Assembly: GCA_964016885.1 (NCBI GenBank)
Contig: OZ024757.1
Coordinates: 13,640,001 to 13,704,000 of the forward strand
Source of the DNA: Eledone cirrhosa
Lineage: Eukaryota
Reading direction: 5' to 3'
Length of the DNA stretch: 64,000 nt
The notes below the pieces were generated by a model. It saw only the letters and a program-made list of their open reading frames with translations, was not told the origin of the DNA and ran no database searches. Of the stretch, positions 51,715 to 64,000 are shown one piece after another. How positions within the stretch are numbered: position 1 is the first letter of the stretch; every line of letters starts with the position of its first letter. The position numbers and the translations under genes are program-made.

Positions 51715-53850
51715 TGTGTTGATGGTATGGTGTGGTTTTGGTGTGGTGTAATATAGGTTTGATGGCATGATGTAATGTATGTGTTGATGGTATGGTTTGG
51801 TGTGATGTTTATGTTGATGGTATAGTGTGTTATGATACATATGTTGATGGTATGGTGTGTTATGATACATATGTTGATGGTATGGTGTGTTATGATACAT
51901 ATGTTGATGGTATGGTGTGATACATATGTTGATGGTATGGTCTGGTGTGATGTATATGTTGATGGTATGGTCTGGTATGATGTGATGTATATGTTGATGG
52001 TATGGTGTGATGTATGTGTTGATGGTATGGTTTGGTGTGATGTTTATGTTGATGGTATTGTGTGTTATGATACATATGTTGATGGTATGGTGTGATACAT
52101 ATGTTGATGGTATGGTGTGATACATATGTTGATGGTATGGTCTGGTGTGATGTATATGTTGATGGTATGGTCTGGTGTGATATGATGTATATGTTGATGG
52201 TATGGTGTGATGTATATGTTGATGGTAAGGTTTGGTGTGATATATATGTTGATGGTATGGTGTAATGTATGTTGATGATTTATAGTGTTATGATGCACGT
52301 GTGTGTCAATGGTATGGTGTAATATGATGTGTCAATGGTATGGTGTAATATAATGTGTGTCAATGGTATGGTGTAATATGATGTGTGTCAATGGTATGGT
52401 GTAATATGATGTGTCAATGGTATGGTGTAATATGACGTGTGTCAATGGTTTGGTGTAATATGATGTGTGTCAATGGTATGGTGTAATATGACGTGTGTCA
52501 ATGGTATGGTGTAATATGATGTGTCAATGGTATGGTGTAATATGATGTGTCAATGGTATGGTGTAATATAATGTGTGTCAATGGTATGGTGTAATATGAT
52601 GTGTCAATGGTATGGTGTAATATGATGTGTGTCAATGGTATGGTGTAATATGATGTGTCAATGGTATGGTGTAATATAATGTGTGTCAATGGTATGGTGT
52701 AATATGATGTGTATCAATGGTATGGTGTAATATAATGTGTGTCAATGGTATGGTGTAATATGACGTGTGTCAATGGTATGGTGTAATATGACGTGTGTCA
52801 ATGGTATGGTGTAATATGATGTGTGTCAATGGTATGGTGTAATATGATGTGTGTCAATGGTATGGTGTAATATGACGTGTGTCAATGGTATGGTGTAATA
52901 TGACGTGTGTCAATGGTATGGTGTAATATGATGTGTGTCAATGGTATGGTGTAATATGATGTGTCAATGGTATGGTGTAATATGATGTGTGTCAATGGTA
53001 TGGTGTAATATGATGTGTCAATGGTATGGTGTAATATGATGTGTGTCAATGGTATGGTGTAATATGATGTGTCAATGCTATGGTGTAATATGATGTGTGT
53101 CAATGGTATGGTGTAATATGATGTGTGTCAATGGTATGGTGTAATATGATGTGTCAATGGTATGGTGTAATATGATGTGTGTCAATGGTATGGTGTAATA
53201 TGATGTGTGTCAATGGTATGGTGTAATATGACGTGTGTCAATGGTATGGTGTAATATGATGTGTGTCAATGGTATGGTGTAATATGATGTGTGTCAATGG
53301 TATCGTGTAATATGACGTGTGTCAATGGTATGGTGTAATATGATGTGTATCAATGGTATGGTGTAATATGACGTGTGTCAATGGTATGGTGTAATATGAT
53401 GTGTGTCAATGGTATGGTGTAATATGACGTGTGTCAATGGTATGGTGTAATATGATGTGTGTCAATGGTATCGTGTAATATGACGTGTGTCAATGGTATC
53501 GTGTAATATGATGTGTGTCAATGGTATGGTGTAATATGACGTGTGTCAATGGTATGGTGTAATATGATGTGTATCAATGGTATGGTGTAATATGACGTGT
53601 GTCAATGGTATGGTGTAATATGATGTGTGTCAATGGTATGGTGTAATATGATGTGTGTCAATGGTATCGTGTAATATGACGTGTGTCAATGGTATGGTGT
53701 AATATGTGTGTCAACGGTATGGTGTAATATGATGTGTGCCAATGGTATGGTGTAATATGACGTGTGTCGATGGTATGGTCTGGTGTGATGTATATGTTGA
53801 TGGTATGGTTTGGTGTAATGTACAGTATATGTTGACGGTATGGTGTGATG
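51715..53850. repeat. minisatellite: 26/28-bp core array (52300-53760) inside a diverged related array
   Basis: gtgtcaatggtatggtgtaatatga[c/t]gt units flanked by atgttgatggtatggtgtg units. Confidence 0.95.
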
Positions 53851-54073
53851 TAGAGGAGAGAGGTGAATAAAACTAGACTGAGTAAGCAACATGGCCTTTG
53901 TTTTTGTTTTGTTTTGTTATATTTTTATTTGTCTATGTTTTGTCTTTTTCTTTGAGTGTGATGTCACACTTGGGTGAGTAACAGCACTTGAGTTCACACT
54001 GACACAGTGTCAAGATGTAGAGATGTGACATCATCTTCACTGGACAGAAGAGAACAAGAGGACACACACAAAC

Positions 54074-54106
<33 letters not shown>

Positions 54107-54196
54107 CACACACACGTGTGTGTGTATGTATGTAACAGAGAGTTGAGAGCTGAGATAGTAAGATAGATCTAAAGTGAGAGGGAAGGGAAGAAAGAA

Positions 54197-54231
<35 letters not shown>

Positions 54232-54317
54232 TGGACAGAGACAAAGCTAACTTCTCAGTATCTCTGTCCTTTTCAGAGATAAAGAAAAAAATACAATCTG
54301 AGTGAGAGAGAGAGAGA

Positions 54318-54356
<39 letters not shown>

Positions 54357-54657
54357 AGCCAGGCATACATACATACATACATACATATATCATCACCTTT
54401 TAATGTCTATTTTCTATGCTTACATGGGTTAGACAGGCTATCACATTATGAGAGAGAGAGGGGGGGAGGAGGAGAGAGTGTGGGAGAGAGAGAGAGTAAG
54501 GCTGTATGATTACACAAAACTCTCCTTTGTCTCACAACAACAGAAGAGACTGGCCAAGCGGAACCAAGCCCATGAGGAGTCATCTACAGAGAAACTTTCC
54601 ACTACTTCACAGCTGACCAACTAAGAAAATGGTCTACAATCTTCTGTAAACCTTTAA

Positions 54658-54857
54658 CCCTTTAGCATTTAAACCAGTCATATCCGGTCAGAATTCTCTC
54701 ACCTCTTTCTTTTCAAACTGGCTGTAACTGGCCACTGATACTGATATTAAGGTATTGTTCTCAAAATAAAAAAATATCAACATCTCATAGATTCGATATT
54801 ATGTGAGATAAAGCCTTTACCATGAAAATATAATAGTAAATATAGAGTAATGTAAAT
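54658..54857. mobile_element. family P MITE
   Basis: ttaa|ccctttagcatttaaacc... Confidence 0.85.
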
Positions 54858-54864
54858 ACTACCT

Positions 54865-55330
54865 TCTTATTCTTCTTTGCCCATTTATTTCTCTGAGAAA
54901 GTCATGAGAGTTGAGTCCCCAAACACTCCTTCCAGCGGGTCCTATCAGAAGCAACCATCTCCAACTGATCCGGCTAAAGCGAAACCAGCAGAGTTTGTCG
55001 ATGTTACCCATCTATCTTGCTTGGGGGTCTACCCCTGGGTCTCCTGCCAGTTGGTTTTGCCTGTAAAATCTCTCCAGTGATTCCTTCCTGAGACATTCTA
55101 ATTCCACATGTCCATAGTACTGGAGCTGTGATCTCTCAATTGGGAGAAATAGTGGCTCTACCTGGAACGACTCCCTGATCTCTATCTGTGGAGGAACCCC
55201 ATTTCAGTTGCTTGTATTCATGATCGTATTCTTTTGGTCATTACCCAACATTCATGCCCATAAGTAAGGGTTGGCACAAATACCAAATTTAAGATGAGTT
55301 TGGCTTTTACACCTACCTCCCTTCTTCTGA
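54865..55330 (-). pseudogene. Rex3/Expander-like RTE C-terminal relic
   Basis: Minus strand reads FVPTLTYGHECWVMTKRIRS*IQATEMGFL...IERSQLQYYGHV. Confidence 0.75.
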
Positions 55331-55355
55331 TTACCCATTACAATTTACCATTTAA

Positions 55356-55780
55356 CCCTTTAATATTTACACTACTCTATATTTACTATTATATTTTCAG
55401 GGTAAAAACTTTACCTTACATAATTATCTCACATAATATCAAATCTATGAGATTTTTATATCATTTATTTTGAGAACAATACCTTAACATCAGTATGCAT
55501 GGCCAGTTATGGCTGGTTTGAACAGAAAGAGATGAAAGAATTCTGGCCAGATACGGCCGATATAAATGCTAAAGGGTTAAACCAGCCATATCAAGCCAGA
55601 TTTCTGATCTCTTTCTGTTCAAACCGGTCGTAACCGGCAGCTTATACTGATGTACGCATTGTTCTCAAAATAAATAACATCAAAATCTCATAGATGCGAT
55701 ATTATGTGAGATAATTATGAGGTAAAGCCTTTACAATGAAAATATAATAGTAAATATAGAGTAATGTAAATGCTAAAGGG
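55356..55780. mobile_element. family P MITE inverted dimer
   Basis: Copy 55356-55576 joined at TTAA to an oppositely oriented copy ending gctaaaggg|ttaa at 55780. Confidence 0.85.
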
Positions 55781-56619
55781 TTAAATAAAATTATGATTGA
55801 AAGTTTTTTTAGATAAATATGAACACTTCAAAATAATAAAGAAGAGCTTTGTACCAAAAAACCGAGAACAATTTCAAGCATTTTAGTATCAAAAGGGTCA
55901 AGGCAGCTCTTAATTGTAGGTCTCAATTCATGTCTTGAATGACATCATCAGAAGAGGGTCTGATATGACCAAATTCCTTTCACAATTGGGCAATAAGTAC
56001 CTGGAGGGTAGGGGGTGGCAAGTCACTAATCTGGGATACCACAAAAAAATTCAAAAAAAAAACCAAAAACCAAGCACATAGGCAAGACATAGTCACCTGA
56101 CCAGTCTAGCCTTAGCACTGGAAATAGACATTAAAGACATTAAACGTTAAACGATGATGATGATGATGATGACGATAACGATGATGATGATGATAATGGT
56201 GATGATGATGATGACAATGATGATGATGGTGATGATGATGATGATGACGACGATGGTGATGTATGATGCATTAGATGCCAGATTTAACTCCAGCCGCCAA
56301 AGTGTCGACACATGAAAACTACTTCTTCTTCCTCTTCTTTTTCCATTGGCGAGAGTTATCTGAAGATCTACACCTCCCCCATAAAAAGACATGCCAAAGG
56401 TTATCGGGTGTCCCCCAAACACCACCTCACACACACGACCCGACCCCCCACCCACCCATCACCACCACCTCCTCCCAAACAAAATCCAGGTCAAAACAGT
56501 GACTGCCCCCCCCCCTGCCATTTATGTGTTATCTCTAAAATCTATCCATGATTACTTCACGGTCCCACACATACACCCAACCCATAGCAGCTGGAATGCT
56601 TATATATTTATTTAGCATG

Positions 56620-57725
56620 TCACACACACACACATGCACACATACTTTTACCATGTATACATACACACACATCTGCACACACATGCACACATACTTTCAC
56701 CATGTATACATACACATACACACACGTGCACACATACTTTCACCATGTATACATACACACACACATACTTTCACCATGTATACACACACACACATCTACA
56801 CACACATGCACACATACTTTTACCATGTATACACACACACATACACACATCTGCACACACATGCACACATATTTTCACCATGTATACACACACACATACA
56901 CATCTGCACACATACTTTTACCATGTATACACACACACACACATGCACACATACTTTTACCATGTATACACACACACATCTGCACACACATGCACACATA
57001 ATTTCACCATGTATACACACACACATACACATCTGCACACACATGCACACATACTTTTACCATGTATACACACACACACACACACACATCTGCACACATA
57101 CTTTCACCATGTATACATACACACACATCTGCACACACATGCACACATACTTTTACCATGTATACACACACACATACACACATCTGCACACACATGCACA
57201 CATACTTTCACCATGTATACACACACACACATCTACACACACATGCACACATACTTTTACCATGTATACGCGCACACACATGCACACATACTTTTACCAT
57301 GTATACACACACACACATGCACACATACTTTTACCATGTATACACACACACATGCACATCTGCACACACATGCACACATACTTTTACCATGTATACACAC
57401 ACACATGCACACATACTTTCACCATGTATATACACACACATACACATCTGCACACACATGCACACATACTTTTACCATGTACACACACACACATGTACAC
57501 ATACTTTTACCATGTATACACACACACACATGCACACATACTTTTACCATGTATACACACACACATAATTTCACCATGTATACACACACACATACACATC
57601 TGCACACACATGCACACATACTTTTACCATGTATACACACACACACACACACATCTGCACACATACTTTTACCATGTATACACACACACATGCACACATA
57701 CTTTCACCATGTATACACACACATA
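56620..57725. repeat. CA-rich minisatellite
   Basis: Recurring gcacacatacttttaccatgtatacacac. Confidence 0.93.
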
Positions 57726-58374
57726 TTTGTACTTTATACATATAATACAAACACATTTGTATCATATATAATACTATATACTCATACACACAAACTTGTA
57801 CAATATATATATACACACACACACATTTGCACCATATATATATATATATACACAGGGTGTTCCCCCAAAAAATGTATTCATACTTCGATGTATAAATATA
57901 TCATCATCATCATTTAATGTCTATCTTCCACGCTAGCATGGGTTTAGACGGGAATTGTCCCACTTGAGGCAAGATTGGTCGGGTGATTAACACCAACCAC
58001 ATTTACAGTGTGGACTGGGAGGTTTTTACCCTGTTACCTACACGGCCACATTATAGCGTGGACCGACACACACTTGTACTAAATATATATACACATACAC
58101 ACACACACTTATATCATATACATATATATATTCGTTGTGTTCATATATGTATATTTACTAAAATAACAGATTAAAGTTTAAGCAAAGAATTGCTGCTTTC
58201 ACCCTTTATCCTTATCGAGCCCTCTTTGGATTTTAGTCTTCACATTTATTATTATTACTATATATATATATATATAGCGATGGCTGGAGAGAAATGAGGC
58301 AAGCATGCTCCATTGGGTGTGCAATGTCAATGTGCATGAACGACCCAGCATGGATGTGTTGAGAGAGAAACTGT

Positions 58375-58627
58375 GTCAAGATGGCGTAAGACAGAACAAA
58401 GGAGAGGCACAAAAACAAAGAAAAGAATCCCCAGTCACTGAAGAGGTCACAGAATGTGTGACGAAAGAACTTTGACAATATATAAACAATCATCTGGTTG
58501 TGAAACCAACCAACCAACCGGAAATTTGTAAATTCCTAAATTTATAAATTTATTATAATAAATTGAAGTGAAAGCAACTGGTGCATGTGTTTCTTATTGG
58601 CAACATGACCCTCCCAAAGTATAACAA
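58375..58627 (+). mobile_element. family A hammerhead element copy
   Basis: Intact hammerhead at 58434-58476; ends aagtataacaa(ta)n. Confidence 0.82.
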
Positions 58628-58644
58628 TATATATATATATATAT

Positions 58645-58689
<45 letters not shown>

Positions 58690-58817
58690 CCATATATATA
58701 TATATATTTATGGATATAGTTGTATATATGTTTATATATTATTTGTTTGTATAGGTATGCACAAGTATGACTATATATATCCATGTGTGTATAAATATTT
58801 ATTTATGGCCAAATGTT

Positions 58818-58869
<52 letters not shown>

Positions 58870-58963
58870 TGTATGTATGTATGTATGTATGCGTGTCTGT
58901 ATATTGTTGTGGGCGTCCATGCATGTATAATAATTATGCTCATGGAAGTTCACATATATGAAA

Positions 58964-58998
<35 letters not shown>

Positions 58999-59387
58999 TG
59001 CGTGTACACCAGTTCCCTACACACCTTATATAATTGCATTCAGGTGTATATAAAACCACACACAAATGCACAAACTATTTCTGACTTACAAACACACTCT
59101 TTACCCCCACAGACACTTCCACCACCACAACCACCACCACCCCTTCCTTCCCCTCTCCCCACAGACACTACTGCCACCATCACCCTCACCACCACCTCCC
59201 TCCCCCCCCCCCCACCCCACCACCCTCTCCCTCACCCCACCACCCATCACCCCACCACCACTTATCACCCCACCACCACCAGTGACTACAAAAGTTGGTA
59301 AACTTAATTATTAGATCAAGGTGTTAAAATTACAGATAATTACCACCACAGTGATATAATGACAATTATTATTATTATTATTACTAC

Positions 59388-59423
<36 letters not shown>

Positions 59424-59574
59424 TGGTAGTATTAGTATTGTTGTTGTGAGATAAGGGAGGCTAATAACAGGCCTCAGGTTTAACAACTATAACAACAACA
59501 ACAACCATAACAACAACAACACTACCTCCACAGATATTAAGATGCAGGTGGCAGATATATCCAGATAATGTAAA

Positions 59575-61350
59575 TCAACCACCACTACCACTATTGCCTC
59601 AACCACCACCACCACCACTACCACCACTACCACTATTGCCTCAACCACCACCACCACCACTATCACTATTGCCTCAACCACCACCACCACCACTATCACT
59701 ATTGCCTCAACCACCACCACCACCACTATCACTATTGCCTCAACCACCACCACCACCACCACTACCACCACTACCACTATTGCCTCAACCACCACCACCA
59801 CCACTATCACTATTGCCTCAACCACCACCACCACCACCACTACCACCACTACCACTATTGCCTCAACCACCACCACCACCACTATCACTATTGCCTCAAC
59901 CACCACCACCACCACCACTACCACCATTGCCTCAACCACCACCACCACCACTATCACTATTGCCTCAACCACCACCACCACCACTACCACCACTATCACT
60001 ATTGCCTCAACCACCACCACCACCACTATCACTATTGCCTCAACCACCACCACCACCACCACTACCACCACTACCACTATTGCCTCAACCACCACCACCA
60101 CCACCACCACCACCACTATCACTATTGCCTCAACCACCACCACCACCACTATTGCCTCAACCACCACCACCACCACCACTACCACCACTACCGCCTCAAC
60201 CACCACCACCACCACCACCACCACCACTATCACTATTGCCTCAACCACCACCACCACCACCACTACCACTATTGGCTCAACCACCACCACCACCACCACT
60301 ACCACCACTACCACTATTGCCTCAACCACCACCACCACCACCACTACCACTATTGCCTCAACCACCACCACCCCCACCACCACCACTACCACCACTACCA
60401 CTATTGCCTCAACCACCACCACCCCCACCACCACCACTACCACCACTACCACTATTGCCTCAACCACCACCAATACTACCCCCACCACCACTACTACTAC
60501 TACAAACACCACCACCACCACCACTACTATAAACACCACCAGCAACACCACCCCCTCCACCACCACCACTACTACTACTACAAACACCACCACCACCACT
60601 ACTACAAACACCACCAGCAACACCACCCCCACCACCACTACCACTACTACAAACACCACCACCACCACAACCAACACCGACACTAGCCCCACCACCACCA
60701 CCACCACAACCAGCACCGACGCTACCCCCACCACCACCACCACCACTACCACTACTACAAACACCACCACCACCACAACCAACACCGACACTAGCCCCAC
60801 CACCACCACCACCACAACCAGCACCGACGCTACCCCCACCACCACCACCACCACTACCACTACTACAAACACCACTACCACCACAACCAACACCGACACT
60901 AGCCCCACCACCACCACCACCACTACAACCGACGCTACCCCCACCACCACCACCACCACTACCACTACTACAAACACCACCACCACCACAACCAACACCG
61001 ACACTAGCCCCACCACCACCACCACCACTACCACTACTACAAACACCACCACCACCACAATCAACACCGACACTAGCCCCACCACCACCACCACCACCAC
61101 CATAACCGACGCTACCCCCACCCCCACCACCACCACTACCACTACTACAAACACCACCACCACCACAACAGACACTAGCCCCACCACCACCACCACCATA
61201 ACCGACGCTACCCCCACCCCCACCACTACCACTACTACAAACACCACCACCACCACAACAGACACTAGCCCCACCACCACCACCACCATAACCGACGCTA
61301 CCCCCACCCCCACCACCACCACTACCACTACTACAAACACCACCACCACT
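59575..61350. repeat. (ACC)n-based compound minisatellite
   Basis: attgcctca(acc)n units, then accgacactagcccc and accgacgctacccc units. Confidence 0.92.
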
Positions 61351-62094
61351 ACAGCAATATTAAAACACAGGCAGGTGGGAAATGCATTAACGGTTATTAT
61401 AGAACAGGTCCCAGCTCTGCTAACAATAGGTACAACAATAACAACAAGGTATAGAGGGATTATCAACTGTTACAAATATAAAACAACAAAAGCCATTACT
61501 ACTACTAATAATAATACTAATAGTACTACTACCACTGCTAATACTAATACAACTACTACTACTGCTTCCACTACTAATAATAATTGTTTCTACTTTTGGC
61601 ACAAGGCCAGCAATTACCCAGTACATTACTGGTACTTTATTTTATCGACCCCGTAAGGATGAAAGGCAAAGTTAACCTCGGCAGGATTTGAACTCAGGAT
61701 GGCAAGGGCCGTAACTCTATACTACTAATAATGATTTCATTTATTGGCCACAAGGGCCAACATATAGGGGACAATACAAAGTAACAAGAAAAATACAAGA
61801 AAAATTCCCCAATAGGGGGGAACTACTACTACTAATAATAATAATTGTTTCTACTTTTGGCACAAGGCCAGCAATTATCCCAGTGCATTACTGGTACTTT
61901 ATTTTATCGACCCCGTAAGGATGAAAGGCAAAGTTAACTGCGGCGGGATTTGAACTTAAACTACTACTACTAATAATAATAGTAAATAGTAATACTATTA
62001 CTTCCACTGCTAATATTAATACAACTACTGCTACTACTAATAATACTATTACTACCACTGCTAATACTAATGCAACTACTACTACTAATAATAA

Positions 62095-62660
62095 TGTTTT
62101 CTTTATTAACCACAAGGGTTTACATAAAGTAGACATTAAGGACAGTACAGGACAATACAGGACGGTACAAATGGGCATTTCTGCGTGTAAAAAACAGAGG
62201 ATGTAATAAAATAACAAAGAAAAATTCCCCAATAGGGGGGAGACTTCCGAGGGACATTTGTGGAGAAAGCCCATTAAAAGACCACAGTGACCCTGACCAC
62301 CAGGGCAAGTGCCCTCTCCCAGTTTTCCACCTTTAATTTACAGACACATACTCAGAGAAGGCCCATTCATTCGGGCCATACTTGCTTCTCTCACCCATCT
62401 TTCAACAAAATGCTGGGAAGAAAGCACTTCCCTCTCTACCCTGATTTTCCTTTTCAAATGAAATTTGAAAAAGTTAATCAGGGCATCACCGAAGAGGTAA
62501 GTGCTCGTCTTCAGCCCTTTCAAACGTGTCCACCATACTATCTCTTTCGCCATGGCCACCAGACAGATAAAAACTGCCTGCCCTTCCCGGCTAAAGGAAG
62601 AGGGCGGGGCAATCCTCACGATGGACTCAGCTGATAGCTGGATCTGTCCTACACGTGACA
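62095..62660 (-). mobile_element. Tx1/L1-clade LINE 3' end (ORF2 C-terminus 62338-62619 plus 3' UTR)
   Basis: LVAMAKEIVWWTR...KIRVERE...FVERW resembles the K..IW..R C-terminal block; UTR ends ttgtggttaataaagaaa; related short 3' ends at 61733-61822 and 62683-62790. Confidence 0.65.
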
Positions 62661-63361
62661 GCAGCTACTAATAATAATAACAATGATTTCATTTATTGGC
62701 CACAAGGGCCGACATGTAGGGGACAATACAAAGACAGGGGCAGTGGGGGTTTACAATAGGCTCGAGTAAAAGTGCACAATGGCAAGACCAATAACAATAA
62801 TACTATTACTACTACTGCTAATACTAATGCTACTACTGCTACTGTTAATGCTGCCATTAACTGCTAAGGCTGGGAAAAATGGGGTAGTGTCCATGGCTTT
62901 CACCAGCCCTCAAAAACCCAGATTAAAATGATGTCTTTTGGCATTCTGCTTAACTCTAAACATCCTCTAATGATTTAGCAGAAAATCTAAAAACCGGTTT
63001 GTTGTTAATTTTTAACACCTTTACTAGAAAACAACTCTGCCTTTCATCTTTTTGGGGTTGATAAAATCAAGTACCAGTCAAGTACTAGGGTGGAAGTGTG
63101 TGGTCTAGTGGTAAGGGTGTTGGACTTAAGATCATAATGTTGTGGCTTTGATTCCTGGACTGGTTTGTGTGTTGTGTTCTTGAGTTAAAACACTTCATTT
63201 CACATTACTCCAGTATACTCAGCTGAAAATGAGTACCAGCAATAGCTGGGAGTTTAACCATGCGATAGACTGGCGTCCTATCCAGTGGGGAGTCTCATAG
63301 TGTCTATTTGAGAGTGTGTGTCACGACAGTTGTGGTTTTTTAATGGTCCGTCCTGTTTTTA

Positions 63362-63518
63362 ACTCTTTAGCATTTAAACCAGCCATATCCAGCCAGAATT
63401 CTCTCACCTCTTTCTGTTCTAACCAGCTAAATCTCGTAGATTCAATATTATGTGAGATAAAGTGTTTACCATGAAAATACAATAGTAAATATGAAGAATA
63501 TTGTAAAATGCTAAAGAA
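63362..63518. mobile_element. internally deleted family P MITE
   Basis: ttaa|ctctttagcatttaaacc ... aaatgctaaaga. Confidence 0.75.
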
Positions 63519-64000
63519 TTAATCAACTTTGCCCATCCTTCAAATTCTCTAATATCCTTACTATTAGACAGATTGTTGTGAACATATGCAATATTATACT
63601 AAAGATTAGATTTCGAATGTGATGCAGTCATAATGTTGTTTTGTACTTTTCAGAAATATCATGTTTCAAGTGGTTTGTTAATTCAAATATTTATAGCCTC
63701 TTTACTAATGGAAAATTTATAGTATTGGACTAAAGACTTCAATTTTTAATGGTATGCAATCTTAGTGCAGTTTTGTATTTCTCAAGAATATTTTACTCAT
63801 GTGGTTTGTTAGACTTCTGGTGTCCTTGGCCCTAGGACCACCTCACCACTGAATGGTGTCTGTTGAAAGAGCCTCTATGTGGTGGCTCAGCAGGCTAGAA
63901 TTAGCAGCCAAGTCTGCCTCAAATCACTCCTTAATCTAAACTATAATAAAGAAAGGAATGCGGGATTGCGTCCAGAATGTATTTTTTTACCCCGCTTGTA

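Noticed and set aside
59487-61466. 659-aa Val-rich ORF and the Thr/Pro mucin-like frames on the opposite strand
   Set aside because: Trinucleotide minisatellite that lacks stops by composition; no splice or domain evidence

Overview
Repeat-saturated, AT-rich eukaryotic non-coding DNA. The repeat landscape looks like an octopus/cephalopod genome; that is an inference. I found no host exon, and almost all ORF-track entries are microsatellite artefacts. The real coding remnants are retrotransposon fragments: two 5'-truncated RTE-clade LINE copies carrying a PHD-type zinc finger after the RT core, Rex3/Expander-like RTE pieces, CRE-clade endonuclease pieces and a Tx1/L1-like 3' end. There are also two tRNA-derived SINE families, a piggyBac-type TTAA MITE family, mariner/pogo-type MITEs and many mini- and microsatellites. 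The main unexplained signal is a set of roughly a dozen sequence-unrelated, non-coding 0.2-1 kb elements, each sitting inside (TA)n runs. Most are fold-backs (an inverted partial copy plus a sense copy with an extra tail). About ten families carry a type I hammerhead ribozyme that I folded by hand: CUGANGA...GAAA...UH, a perfect or near-perfect stem I, often a palindromic stem III, and some core variants (U3-A8, A4, C4). Many also share a downstream GAGYVCY motif. This architecture matches non-autonomous Penelope-like/retrozyme-type retroelements that target TA microsatellites. All coordinates were read by eye and may be off by a few bases.
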